Assembly: GCA_963768425.1 (NCBI GenBank) | Contig: CAVYHV010000009.1 | Coordinates: 32,001 to 96,000, forward strand | Source: Candidatus Bathyarchaeota archaeon | Lineage (GTDB): Archaea; Thermoproteota; Bathyarchaeia; Bathyarchaeales; Bathycorpusculaceae | Direction: 5' to 3' | DNA: 64,000 nt | Shown: positions 29,832 through 40,976 of the stretch, in pieces | Position numbering within the stretch: the stretch's first letter is position 1 | Layout of the letters: each line of letters opens with the position of its first letter | Notes under the pieces: model-generated | Database searches by the model: none | What the model saw: the letters and a program-made list of their open reading frames with translations, nothing else | Told to the model about the DNA's origin: nothing | Made by a program: the position numbers and the translations under genes

Positions 29832-31616
29832 ATGAAAATAAAGACAAAATCAATAATCGCATTGATAGTAACAACAATCTGCTTAATAATAATCCTTGAC
29901 TTTGTCTCCAACTCTGTAATCCAAACCAACTTTTTACAAATTGAACAATCTGAGGTCCAACAAACAATTGGAAGAATTCAAGTTGCTGTTTCAAACAGTT
30001 ACGGTGATTTAGACAACAAATTAGTAAGCTGGTCACAGCTGAACAGCACATACGAGTTCGTGCAAAACCCAAATGACGAATATAACGAGACGTATCTAAC
30101 GGTTTCTTCACTTGCAAATGAAGGGGTAAACTTCGTCATTTTCCTAGATCAAAAAGGCAATTATTTGAATGGGATGGGACTGAACCTAACAACTCTGCAA
30201 CAGATCCCCATTCCTCAGAACATAATCACATTAGTTTCTTCTGATAACTTAATCTGGAATTTAACGACAGTAGATAGTCATACAAGCGGTTTTGTTCTAT
30301 CCTCTGGTCAACCGTTGCTGGTGGCTTCAAGACCAATTCTAATGACTGACGGAGAAGGTCCAGCAAGAGGTGTCCTGATTTTTGCCCGATACTACGATTC
30401 GAATGAAATCAACGCGTTGTCATTTATCATGAAGTTTCCAATGTCAATGCAACTTATTGGAAATTGGGAAAAAGAAAACTCGATTCAAGCTGGATCTTTT
30501 CCTTCATACATTAAACCCTTAAATCAACAATTCACTGTGGGCTACGATGTAGTTGACGATATCCACGGGCAGCCGCTGTTTGTTCTTGGCGCAACTATGC
30601 CTAGAACAGTGTACGACCAAGGATTAAATACCGTCGGTTACATTAATGAGGCGCTCTTAGTTGCTGGAGTAGTATTTTGCATCATAATAGTTTTGATCAT
30701 GCAGTACTTAGTGCTAAAACGACTGGGAAAGCTGTCTGATTCTGTGATTAAATTGCGCATTCATGAAAATAACCTTCAAGAATTGCCAGCTTCAGGTAAC
30801 GACGAGATAACATGGTTGACGTTGTCGATCAATGGACTACTCCAAGAGATACAAAGCCAAAACGTTAAGCTTCAGAAATCTGAGCGGTTGTCAGCTATCG
30901 GGGAACTGGCAAGACAGGTAGGCCATGATTTACGCAATCCATTAGCAAGCATCAAAACTGCAGTGTATTATTTGAGTAGAAAGGGAAATACCTGCAGTGA
31001 CGAAAAGAGAGAAACGATGTTGGAAATTATTGTCAATGATATCAGCCGGTCTGACAAAATAATTAACGACCTCGTTGAATACTCAAGCGATATTTACTTG
31101 GATGTAGAGCAGTGTTGCCCCCAATCCCTCTTAGCTGGCGCTTTGTCAATTCTTCAAGTTCCAAAAAACGTCGAGGTTGTCAATCTTACTTTAGATGAGC
31201 TAAAAATCTTAGCTGATGCAAGCAAAATTCAACAGGTTTTCAAGGTAATTATTAAAAACGCTCTTGAATCTATGCCAAACGGCGGAACTTTAGAAATACT
31301 GAGTCGTGAAGAAAAATCGTACCTGCAAATTACGTTTAGTGACACTGGAACAGGCATTCCGAAGGAGCTCCTGCCCAAAATCTTTTCACCATTGGTAACT
31401 ACGAAAGCACAGGGAATGGGATTAAGTTTAGCAATATGCAAACGAATTGTTGATTGTCATGGTGGCAAAATAGAATTTGAAAGCACTTTAAACAAGGGAA
31501 CAACATTTAATGTCAGCTTGCCATTCAAACCGAAAATACAACCAGACTATGAAAGGGTGATGCTAAAGAAGGATCCATTACTTCACTATAATTATGAAGA
31601 GCCTCAAATTAGGTGA
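29832..31616 (+). CDS. Sensor histidine kinase (CHASE4-HAMP-HisKA-HATPase)
   Basis: H-box HDLRNPL, N-box KNA, DTGTGI, TTKAQGMGLSL; two TM helices. Confidence 0.9.
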   Translation: MKIKTKSIIALIVTTICLIIILDFVSNSVIQTNFLQIEQSEVQQTIGRIQVAVSNSYGDLDNKLVSWSQLNSTYEFVQNPNDEYNETYLTVSSLANEGVNFVIFLDQKGNYLNGMGLNLTTLQQIPIPQNIITLVSSDNLIWNLTTVDSHTSGFVLSSGQPLLVASRPILMTDGEGPARGVLIFARYYDSNEINALSFIMKFPMSMQLIGNWEKENSIQAGSFPSYIKPLNQQFTVGYDVVDDIHGQPLFVLGATMPRTVYDQGLNTVGYINEALLVAGVVFCIIIVLIMQYLVLKRLGKLSDSVIKLRIHENNLQELPASGNDEITWLTLSINGLLQEIQSQNVKLQKSERLSAIGELARQVGHDLRNPLASIKTAVYYLSRKGNTCSDEKRETMLEIIVNDISRSDKIINDLVEYSSDIYLDVEQCCPQSLLAGALSILQVPKNVEVVNLTLDELKILADASKIQQVFKVIIKNALESMPNGGTLEILSREEKSYLQITFSDTGTGIPKELLPKIFSPLVTTKAQGMGLSLAICKRIVDCHGGKIEFESTLNKGTTFNVSLPFKPKIQPDYERVMLKKDPLLHYNYEEPQIR

Positions 31617-31625
31617 CAATTCTTT

Positions 31626-31784
31626 GTGGATACAGATTGTCCCTGCCCCAAAAGATGCGAAGGACACGACAAATGTGAAGAATGCACCCAACATCATGCA
31701 GCAAAAGGCAAATTACCCTTTTGCAAGAGAACAAAAAGCTCAGTGTTTGACTTCTTAAAGAAAAACAGTCAAGACAAGAAATAA
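31626..31784 (+). CDS. Cys/His-rich microprotein (52 aa, not in the ORF track)
   Basis: MDTDCPCPKRCEGHDKCEECTQHHAAKGKLPFCKR...; AGGTGA SD-like site upstream. Confidence 0.6.
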   Translation: MDTDCPCPKRCEGHDKCEECTQHHAAKGKLPFCKRTKSSVFDFLKKNSQDKK

Positions 31785-32169
31785 ACAAACGTCTGAAAAT
31801 GTTTTTGAAGGAAGTTTCTTACATGGGTATCCCCTGTTTTGGGCCAGATTTTTTTTATTAACAAAACTGAACGGAAAAAAGGATTAACATCGGTTTTTAA
31901 AGTGAGTCTGCCTTGGGCAGATATCAAGCGGAAACAGAATTGTTAAGTGAAAAGAAGAGCGACGAAAGAATGTTTGAAAAAGAATTTTGCGGCAACACTC
32001 TTGCACGGGTGGCTTTAAAATTACATAGGATTCATAAAGAACTTTCGTTGCGATCAGGGCAAAAATAGACTTAAGGACCAAACTGGAAAAGAAATATCCA
32101 ATTTATGAAGAAATTTATAAAGATGTTAGAAAACCGGGATGCAGTGTAGACATAGATGAAAATAAGGTC

Positions 32170-32286
32170 TCAAAACTTTATTTCGTTGATTGCAGTCCTG
32201 TGATTCCGCATTCTATGTTCTTGCAATTGTTTAGGATCACCGCACTCAGTTTTGCAGAATGGGCAAGGATAAGTTATAGGAAGCAT
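32170..32286 (-). CDS. C2H2 zinc-finger microprotein (38 aa, not in the ORF track)
   Basis: MLPITYPCPFCKTECGDPKQLQEHRMRNHRTAINEIKF; GAGGT SD-like site upstream. Confidence 0.6.
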   Translation of the reverse strand: MLPITYPCPFCKTECGDPKQLQEHRMRNHRTAINEIKF

Positions 32287-32677
32287 TAAACTGACCTCAT
32301 TTTTGTTAAGAAACTCGTGAGCCCTAATAAGGTTTACATGCATAAGCTATATAGATTCTGGAAATCTCAAGTGCATGTTTTTGCAAAGATATGCTGTTGA
32401 AAAAGCCTCAAAAGCCAAATACATTAGTGGTTTGTCTATTTTGATATTGAACACTTTTTTTGAGTTTAGAATTTTGTTTATTGAGCATTTCTGAAAGCTT
32501 ATCTTCGGGGTGATGATACCTTTCATTTTACGCGAAGATTTTGCCGCAGATAGCTTCTTTAGGGCACCAACTATAACAAGCAATGCAAGTCTCGCAATGA
32601 TGCTGCTAAACTGGGAAACATTGTATTCGGGGGCTCTTCCGAGTTTCTCAAGGGTTTCGTTTTTTATAAAAAAATTT

Positions 32678-32890
32678 TCACATCTTTCTATATGATATAT
32701 CGAAAACAAATACGTTGATTACTGCGCAACCAATTAACCACAGAGATATTGCATAGACCATAAAGTCAAAGTAAGCAGGTACACACCCTAAACTCAGAAA
32801 TATGATAGCGTAAAAGCCCAAGTTATTCCTATTTGCTTTCAAATATTTTGTCAGGTTTGACCCAGCTTTGAAGGCTTTGAGATTTCTCAA
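32678..32890 (-). CDS. Hypothetical membrane protein (possibly degraded)
   Basis: Two hydrophobic segments in an AT-rich region. Confidence 0.35.
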   Translation of the reverse strand: MRNLKAFKAGSNLTKYLKANRNNLGFYAIIFLSLGCVPAYFDFMVYAISLWLIGCAVINVFVFDISYRKM

Positions 32891-32993
32891 TACTAATGTT
32901 CTAATTCTAAAGAAATAAGAATTATGAATTTAAAATATACAAAATAAATAGATTGGCACTTTTGAGATATCATGACATCTTGGTTGTAATCAC

Positions 32994-33248
32994 TTATTTT
33001 GTCGTAGTTTTTATCATGTGATAGTTTGCCTTGAATTCTTCACAAGATTTGTCCGCGTCATAATAGGCGTCGATTGAGGGTTCAAAAGAAGAATTAAGGT
33101 GACAATTATCACAAAAGACAATTATTGTTTTCTCGTATGTTTTCCGATGAATTGATAAACTTTGTTTACCGCATTCAGGGCAAAAAAAGAGTTTAGCTGT
33201 AATTTCCAAAACAACACTCTTCCGCATAAAGGTAAGCGGAATGGGCAA
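32994..33248 (-). CDS. Elf1-like zinc-ribbon protein
   Basis: FFCPECG..SLSI.......IVFCDNCHL...F.......D....F...Y spacing resembles archaeal Elf1. Confidence 0.45.
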   Translation of the reverse strand: MPIPLTFMRKSVVLEITAKLFFCPECGKQSLSIHRKTYEKTIIVFCDNCHLNSSFEPSIDAYYDADKSCEEFKANYHMIKTTTK

Positions 33249-33369
33249 TTATATCTTTCATTGATAAATCATATAATACATGTCGCGTTTGTAATTTTTC
33301 GCAATAATTCAAAAACAATGGTCAATTGATAAAAAACCATTTGGAAAAGATGTTGATCAATTGTCCACT

Positions 33370-33819
33370 TCAAATTTGATTTTGAAGAATTTTTGTTTCT
33401 AGACAGTTTTTGCACAGCTTGTGCTTGTATCTTGTTTTGCAATATTCTTCGAATGTCTCATGGCATGAACTACATATTAATTTAGGTTTCTTTGCTTCAA
33501 GAAGCTTAATTCTTTTCGTGATTTCGTTTTTGACTTCTTCGTCTTTTTCTTGCTTGAACGCTTCCTTCAATAATTTGATGGCGTACTCTGGACTCCTTTC
33601 CCCAAAAAGTTTTCCGAATGGACTTAGAGGCTTTCCTGATTCAAAGATTTCTTTTGGCAATAAGCAGATGAAATTTGCTGGGTACCCCCTGTAGTTTTTT
33701 GGGTCAATGACTGCAAAACGATACTGCTTGGACCAATTTTTCTTCTCAAAGGCTTCAAAGATCTTTAACCGATAATCAAACATTATTGACACTTTGAAGA
33801 ATTCAGGGTAATAATTCAT
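33370..33819 (-). CDS. Hypothetical protein with a C-terminal zinc ribbon
   Basis: YPANFICLLP; CSSC...CKNC. Confidence 0.6.
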   Translation of the reverse strand: MNYYPEFFKVSIMFDYRLKIFEAFEKKNWSKQYRFAVIDPKNYRGYPANFICLLPKEIFESGKPLSPFGKLFGERSPEYAIKLLKEAFKQEKDEEVKNEITKRIKLLEAKKPKLICSSCHETFEEYCKTRYKHKLCKNCLETKILQNQI

Positions 33820-33938
33820 CTAATATTGTTTGTCAACATATAATCTATAGATCTTGGATTTCTTAAACTCGCCATCATTTTTGAAAATGTAATTAATAAT
33901 CATCAGTCCGGTTGAGCAACGAGGTTCGTAGAGTACTT

Positions 33939-34100
33939 TCATACGTGACTCACGAAAATCTTCATATCCTCATTTTTTACGGGATCTGTGTGTTCTTCAT
34001 TTCTTTTTTTGTTGAGATTGCATTCTTTAAAGACTATACAATCTTCGCAACTGAGACTACTGTTTTTGGCTTGACAATCTAAGACTATGGTTTTGTACAT
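33939..34100 (-). CDS. Cys-rich microprotein (53 aa)
   Basis: MYKTIVLDCQAKNSSLSCEDCIVFKECNLNKK... Confidence 0.35.
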   Translation of the reverse strand: MYKTIVLDCQAKNSSLSCEDCIVFKECNLNKKRNEEHTDPVKNEDMKIFVSHV

Positions 34101-34674
34101 TTTGATTCATCCAGTTATTTACTTTCGAGAGAAGTTGATTTTTCGGTTAAAACAATACTCCTGATTATTCGTGCTTTTCTTTTTTTGTAGTAAATGTTTT
34201 GCTCTTTAGCAATTCTTTGATATTGGTGTCGTTTACTGCAATCCTCAAGCAAATTGGAATAATCACAATCAGTTGACATCATTTTTGCTTCACTTGTTGC
34301 TAAGATATTTTGAAGTGCTTTTTAGGTATATGCGACATAAACTATATAGTGACACTTGAGCCTTCATAAATAGACTACATCAAATTGCTGTTTGTAGTTG
34401 TAGCATCGCCACTGTAAGCATGCATCGTTGGTTTTCGATATTTATCAGAGTGATTGCTTTTACTGTCGTTGCTCTATTTTCTTGCAATATCGGAAATGGC
34501 AACCAACAAGAAAAAAGCATGCCTGTGGTCATCTGAGCAAAAATAAGCCCTGAGGAAAAATTTCCATCCACTCCAAAAAGAAAAGCGCATAAGGACTTTT
34601 GCTTTAGCGGTTTTTCAAGTTTAACACGTGTCGGAATACGCTGTGAAAAGAGTAAATCGACAATCTGAGTCAAG

Positions 34675-34780
34675 AGCGATTTTCGGGGATTTCAAGAAAT
34701 TTTTGGACTCAACCTTCTGCTAATCCAAGTCCCAATGCCAATAAACTCACCTAAAACACAAAGAACAAATCGCATAGCCT
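34675..34780 (+). repeat. Dispersed intergenic repeat, degenerate copy
   Basis: GATTT..-periodic stretch followed by 'atccaagtcccaatgccaataaactcacctaaaacacaaagaacaaatcgca'. Confidence 0.45.
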
Positions 34781-34903
34781 TAACTCACTAAGACACTAAA
34801 AAAAGCGATTTTCTTTTCATTTAATATTAGGGACAAATCTGTATAAATTAGAATGCAAAATTAAACAAAAAAAGAAAAAGGGTTTTTGTTGTTTGTTTTT
34901 TGT

Positions 34904-37614
34904 TTATGGTCTTTTTCTTGTAACGAGCAATGCTAGTACTGCGCCGATTATGATTATGACGATAATGATTGCTACGATTCCGTATTCGACTGTTGCGTTT
35001 GATGCTAAGCCTGTGGTTGGTGTTGCTGTGGGTGCTGTTGTTGCTGATGCAGAGTTGGCGTAGAAGTATGTTGAGGCTGAAGATCCGTAGTATCCTCCTG
35101 TTCCTCCGAAGACCGCGGTGACCGTGTAGTTGCCTGCGATGTCTGGAGTCCATGTTATGCCGAATGTGCCTTCAGCGTTGCTTGTGGTTGATCCGATTAA
35201 TCTGTAGTTGTTGTTGGAGTCTAAGACGTACACTGAGACTGGAACGCCGGTTGTGTTGGTTGGCATTGGCTGCTGTTCGTAGACTGCTTCCATAAAGTGC
35301 GACATGCTTGCGTCAGATACGCATGGTAATCCGTTGGGGAAGTTTGATGCGACTGCTTGTTGTTTTGCGCCTGCTGAGACATCGGTAACTGTTCCTTCGA
35401 TGACTACCTTCGAGCCGACTGCTGTAGTTGGGTTTGGTACGGTCACGGTGGTCTTGCTTGGTCCTTGTCCGTATGCGTAGATTTGGCCGTCGTAGGAGTT
35501 ATATGCGGTAATTATGTTGTATGAGACTTCTGCTGCTGTGTCGTCGAACGCTAGTTCTTTCCAGATGAGTGCTCCTGTGGTGCCGTTTATGGCTAGCATT
35601 TGTGCTCCGTGGAATAGTGGTGGGCTGTATTCGTGTCCTTCTGAGAGGTATAGTACGTTGTTTCCGCCTGCCATCATGCCGCCGTATTGGACCCATATTC
35701 GCCAGATGCCATATGGGGTTTCTGTTCCAGGTGTGCCCTGTAGCAGGGTTGTTGAAGTTTGCCATAAGATCTTCCCAGTGCTCAAGGTGATAGCCCAAAT
35801 GTCTCCACCTAAGCCCCAGAGGTAGATTACGCCTGATGTTGAGTCTACAACGTCTTGAATGCCGTAGTCGTCATAGGAGTTTGGTGGACCGCCGTTCGGA
35901 CCGGTTAAAGTTATTTGCCATAGTTGTTGGCCTGTGGTCAATGAATAACCTGTGGTGACAAATGTGTTTTCGTCGCAATCGACATATACTCCGTTTCCAG
36001 CGAGGTCAACGAAGTTTTCGCTTATTCTTGTGTACGGTGTGTATGTTCGGTTAAATATCCAGAGCAATTGTCCAGTTGTTTGGCTGAAGCCTGCTTCTAC
36101 TGCCCATCCCTTTGTGTCTCCTACGCTTGTTGCGCCGTATCCAGCTGTTAATACGATAACGTTGCTTGCGATTTGTCCCTCTGTTAATCCTCCGCCGCTG
36201 AGTCCACTTGGACCAAAGAAGCCATTAGTGATTAGACTGTTGCCATTAAGTGTCGTAGGTATTGTTTGTGCTGCCCACATTAATCCAGCGTCGAAGTTGA
36301 ATACAGAGCCTGCGGATATACCCCATTGCCCTGCGGCTTCTGTTTCACCGAGTGCCATCGTCATGTTCCAAGCACAAAGCGTCGGACCTGTAAGGTTCTC
36401 GCGAACGGTGCCTGAAGGTAGATGCTCTGTTACTGCGTACAATGAATTTGGTAGTCCGGTAGGGCTGTAGGTGTAGTTAGTGTAGTATCCTACCCAGTTG
36501 CCGTATTGGTCCACGGTCATGAAGCCTCCTGCGAAGCCAGCGCTGGTGTGGTTCCGTTGACAATGCTGCAGACATACTTGCCCGTTAATGCGTCATAAAT
36601 GTTGTATTCGCCACCACCTGGAGAGTCAACTACTCCGGGGAGTGTTCCAGTAGTTAAGATGTATGGTCCAACTACGCCGTACTGGTTTGGTGTTTCATAG
36701 ATTGGTTGCATGCCGCCGATCAAAGCATTATTTGTGTTGATTGTCCACAATGTTTGTCCGTTGTACAAGTCTGTTGCGACTATGCCGTTAGTGTAAGATG
36801 TGGTTGTGGTGTACCAGGTTGAGTATAGTATGCCGTCGATTACTACTGGTTCCCATTTCGGCTCGTATTGTGAGGTTGTCCAGTAGCTACCTGATTGCTC
36901 GGTTGCGCCGGCATCGCCGCCTGCGACGCCACCTACAACCCACGGCATTGTCCACAAGATGTGTCCTGTGACTGGGCCCATGGTGTATGGGTTTTCGTCG
37001 CCAGAGTCATTGTATGCGCCTGTTGAACCGAAAGCATTAGCGGCTAATCCTAGCCAAGGTCCGGTGATGCTAGACCAAGTTTGGACGTTGTTTGAATTGA
37101 CTGGTGTTTGCCACCATGAGGTTGGAAGCGGAGTAGTCGGGATGCCGCCTACCGGCTGTTGCTGCACGACAAGTGTAGCTACGTTGCTCTTGCTGGATGC
37201 CATGAAGTCTCCTTTAAAAGCGGAAGGTCCATTTTCGCCGAATCCAGTAAGTTGTTGTCCGCCGTAGAACATTTGGAATGTGTAGTTGCCTACTGTGGTT
37301 GGGCTGTAGTGAGTGTATGTTCCTCCGGTGTAGTCTGCTGTGAAGTTGCCGAGTACTGTGGCTGTTCCGCCTGGAGGAGTTACAACGACCTCTAGGTTTG
37401 TCGCAAGTTCAGCTCCGGGTATTGGTACGGCTAGCCAGAAGTTAACGGTGACTTGTTGCCCAACTCCACATGGATCGGGCGCTACGTTGCAAAAGGCTAT
37501 CGTTGGGATAGTGATTTGTCCTGCTGCTGTTGCGGCAAATGTTGCTCCCATTGCGAGAATCATTAACATCGAAATCAAAATAGCTGCGATTTTACTAATT
37601 GACATATTTTTCAA
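34904..37614 (-). CDS. Large PQQ-like beta-propeller cell-surface protein, split by one frameshift near 36520-36540
   Basis: Signal peptide, repeated TG...W blades, GHEYSPPL, NSYDGQIYAYGQGPS, Thr-rich linker and C-terminal TM with KRP; the two ORFs join into one protein. Confidence 0.8.
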
Positions 37615-37810
37615 TCTTTATTCTCCTTTTTGTTGGTAGGAAAGGGGATGCTATTTTGATTTAATAAGGATTTGCCCATCTTTGCGATGGGGGCTTTTCT
37701 AAGCATGCCGTGCTATACTGTGAAAAAGGGCTGGGATGCCGTCAAAGAGACTAATTGCTTGTTCAATTTCCTTGCTATATTCAGATTCGTACAAAATCAA
37801 TCGATCTGAA

Positions 37811-37950
37811 AAATTTTTAGAGATTTCCAAAGATTTAGGAGATTTTTAAAAGATTTCTAGTTCATGGTTGTGATCAATTCACCTTTGTAGCAAAAAAAGC
37901 GATTTAAAACAAAGAAAATAATCGCAGGATTTTCTACTGCCTACAATAAA
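37811..37950 (+). repeat. Dispersed intergenic repeat copy (10-bp AGATTT.. array plus A-rich core)
   Basis: agatttccaa agatttagga gatttttaaa agatttctag ... caaaaaaagcgatttaaaacaaagaaaataatcgcaggattttc. Confidence 0.55.
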
Positions 37951-38080
37951 TTAGTTTTTTTCATGTGAAAATTGAGCAAACCCTTTCTAAATGACTATTA
38001 TTTCAGGAAAAAAAATATTCCAGTTTGGAAACAGTCCTTAAGAAGCAATTGGCTCTCAATTCAAATGGAAATGGCAAGAT

Positions 38081-38652
38081 ATGGCAGTGAACTCTGGTTC
38101 GAAAGATAAATCTTTAGAGGCTTTAGATTTCATAATTAATGTTCTAAAAGAACATGAGCAAACCTTGGACAAGTCGATTGAAGAGTTGGCAACTGTTACC
38201 GAGCAGATAGGAAACACCGCGGACGGATTAAAAGGTAAAGTTGAAGGGATTGAGGAAAGAATAAACAACTTGGAAAAAGAAGTCACAAACCTGATGGACA
38301 AAGTTTCAAGCCGCGCCTAAGGAAGCATTGCCGACCCCTGTGAAGATAACGAGCCTCAAGCTCAACGACATTTGCAGGGTTGCCGTCGATTATTCATGGT
38401 GGACCTTTAGTGGTTTTGCGTTGCAGACAATGGGAGGATTTTCAGGCCTTAGCTATGCGTGTTCCACGTTGTCTTTCAGCTATAAAGAGGCCGAGAAGGT
38501 TTTCCAAGCTGAAGCGCTTAGGGGAAACCAAATAATTGTGTTATGCTGGGGCTCTTCCGAGTTTCTCAAGGATTCTTAAAGCATGGTTATCTCAAGAGCT
38601 AGACGTTACTGGACAGAACATCTTGGAAGGTTTCTTAGACAAAACGAAATAG
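38081..38652 (+). CDS. Coiled-coil hypothetical protein, frameshifted
   Basis: ALDFIINVLKEHE coiled coil; downstream frames continue QWEDFQ.., KEAEKVFQAEALRGNQII, LKAWLSQELDV. Confidence 0.5.
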
Positions 38653-38843
38653 TCTGTAAAGAATTCAAAAGCTCAAAAAACTATGCAAAAATATGTTCGC
38701 CAAAAGTTTATCCATAAGATGTCCACTCAGCAGGATTAATTGGCGAGATCATTGTTGTGTTCTTAACAGCGCCTTCTTAATCATGGAGTGTTTATTCGAA
38801 AGACATATATCAATTTCGTAATATTTAATACAGTCATTCAACC

Positions 38844-39518
38844 GTGACACACTTGGAAAACAATCAGCCGACCACAAAAATAGTTGCACACAGCAAAAAG
38901 AAAATAGCCATAATTGCAGTAGCCATCCTGATAATCGCCATTACAGCTTCAGCCAGCGGACTATTGTTAACCAGCCAAAACACATCAAGCAATCAAACTG
39001 GCAACAACGGTGACCAAAACAATCCTCAATCCTGGATCAAAATAGGTGCCTACGCGACATACCAAGGTCAAGCCACAATTCTGTCAATGACCGTTTCCTT
39101 CAACGCAAAAATGGAAATCGTCAACCTAAACGACACTTACTTTCAAATCTCAACTGACTTTAACATGTCAACGCCATATGGAGCAACAGAAAACACTACC
39201 ACAACTTGGGTAAGCAGAGAAAACATAACTTTCCAGCCAGAAGGCCTAACTCTTAACAGTACTTATAACACCCAAATAACCCTGCCACATCTCGGAACAC
39301 AAAGCTGCACCGTCTACGAATACAGCAGCCAAGGAATCAGCGCAGCTTATTACGTCGATAACAAAGTTCAATGGCCTATCAAAATGGTCATGAGTTCTCC
39401 ACCAGTGGATGGGCAATCTTATACCATGGACATAAACTTCGTTGACACAAACATACCTGGTCTTAACTGTTGCAAGTCAAAGCCAGCTCGGTTAATGAAA
39501 GAAAGAAGAATAATTTAG
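38844..39518 (+). CDS. Membrane-anchored secreted hypothetical protein
   Basis: KKK-TM anchor, Thr/Asn-rich beta domain. Confidence 0.65.
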   Translation: MTHLENNQPTTKIVAHSKKKIAIIAVAILIIAITASASGLLLTSQNTSSNQTGNNGDQNNPQSWIKIGAYATYQGQATILSMTVSFNAKMEIVNLNDTYFQISTDFNMSTPYGATENTTTTWVSRENITFQPEGLTLNSTYNTQITLPHLGTQSCTVYEYSSQGISAAYYVDNKVQWPIKMVMSSPPVDGQSYTMDINFVDTNIPGLNCCKSKPARLMKERRII

Positions 39519-39658
39519 CTTCGTGGTTTTTTGTAAAATCGATTTTTCAGCTATTGAATAGCGGATCAAGTTGCAATTGCTTAGTGGAATTTTCAAGTTA
39601 ACAGTTGTTTTAGTGGCGGCTTTATTTTTGTTAGTATTTGAGTTTATCCAGTTGGGGC

Positions 39659-39745
39659 AGATTTAAGGAGATATTGAGAGATTTTTAGACGCACCTGCAA
39701 ACTGATGCAAGCCCTAAATCAAGAAAGCGAGCCAAAACATAAAGA
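39659..39745 (+). repeat. Dispersed intergenic repeat, degenerate copy
   Basis: agatttaagg agatattgag agatttttag ... tgcaagccctaaatcaagaaagcgagccaaaacataaag. Confidence 0.5.
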
Positions 39746-39818
39746 GAGTCCTGACGCAAAAGAACGCTGCAAAAGATCATAGTGAAAATTATTATAGGCT
39801 CTTCTCCTAGAGCATTTT

Positions 39819-39950
39819 TTGGGGTGTTTTCAGATCTTTTTAGATGACTTTCTTAGACTGTTTCTAGACGACCAGTTGCAACCTATCCAAGCCCCAAACC
39901 AAAAAAGCAACCTAAAACAAAGAAAAAATTCGCAGGGTTTTCCACAAAGC
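39819..39950 (+). repeat. Dispersed intergenic repeat copy
   Basis: 39870-39906 is identical over 37 nt to the reverse complement of 55026-55062. Confidence 0.75.
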
Positions 39951-40060
39951 CACAACAGCGCGTATAGTGGAGCTCTTTGGATAACATTGCTTTCAGGTAG
40001 AAAGATTTAATTATTGATAGTTTCTGTTGGTTTCATTAATAATGGAGGATTGAAAAAGAA

Positions 40061-40340
40061 ATGCCTACTTGCCCACATTGTGGTGCCACGGTTCCTGAAG
40101 GAGCTGTTTACTGTGGCAACTGTGGAGCTACATTAAACTCCCCCGATCACTTCAACATCTACTACCGTTCAATCTCAAACTTCTCAGCCATCAGACTGGT
40201 CAAACAATCCAAGCATCATCGGCGGCGACATGCAGGCGCGATACGAAAAAGCAATAAAGCGAACTGAATGGTTAAGCTATGCAGCGGCGGGTCTTGGGGT
40301 AGCAATACTTGTTGTATTAATCGCATTTTCTTTCCTGTAA
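40061..40340 (+). CDS. Zinc-ribbon membrane protein, one frameshift
   Basis: CPHCG..VPEGAVYCGNCG; a second frame gives a Ser/Thr linker and a C-terminal TM helix. Confidence 0.6.
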
Positions 40341-40583
40341 GATAAGGGAAATGCAGGAAAATAATTCTACGAGGTGGAAAATTTGGAAAACACACTTGAA
40401 CAGACTGTTAAAAGAATAGAGCGGATAAACAATATTCTTTGGATAGCAGTTATAGTGGAAGCAATAGTTCTTGTCCTGCTTTTGTAGGGCAAGTTCCACT
40501 TCCCACATTCCTAATTATCACTCACCAACTTAATTTTGCAAAATATTTGGAAATCTCTACGTCTAACAGCAGGTCGCTTCTGA

Positions 40584-40976
40584 TTACCCGAGGTATTCGC
40601 ACCAGCTTTTTGGGCTTTCCCAAACCCTGACTTTCTCCAGCTTGGGTTTCTCGGGCAAGATGTTTTTCAGTTGATTAAAGTAGTATTTTGCGATGTTTTC
40701 GGATGTGGGGTTCTCAAGTTCTTTTATTTCGTTAAGGTAGGTGTGGTCAAGTTTGTCGGTCACTGTTTTTAGGGCGGCTTTCAAGACCGCGAAGTCGATG
40801 ACCATTCCGTTGGACTCAGTTTTTTCGCCTAAAACGAAAAGCTCAACTGTCCAGGTGTGCCCATGAAGGTTTTCGCATTTGCCGTTGCTGTCAACTACTT
40901 TGTGCGCCGCAGCAAAAGTTGTTTCAACCCTAAGCCTGAACATGGCTTCATCCTCCGCTAAAGGGTCCCTCTCCAT
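40584..40976 (-). CDS. queD: 6-pyruvoyl-tetrahydropterin synthase family (QueD/PTPS, CExxHGH type)
   Basis: FAAAH, CENLHGH, GMVIDF, LDH, NPTSENIA, VWES. Confidence 0.9.
   Translation of the reverse strand: MERDPLAEDEAMFRLRVETTFAAAHKVVDSNGKCENLHGHTWTVELFVLGEKTESNGMVIDFAVLKAALKTVTDKLDHTYLNEIKELENPTSENIAKYYFNQLKNILPEKPKLEKVRVWESPKSWCEYLG

Noticed and set aside
39819-40010. ORFs 39819-40010 and 54910-55113 sharing 'DQLQPIQAPNQK'
   Set aside because: The peptide identity comes from the DNA repeat; other copies do not keep the frame.
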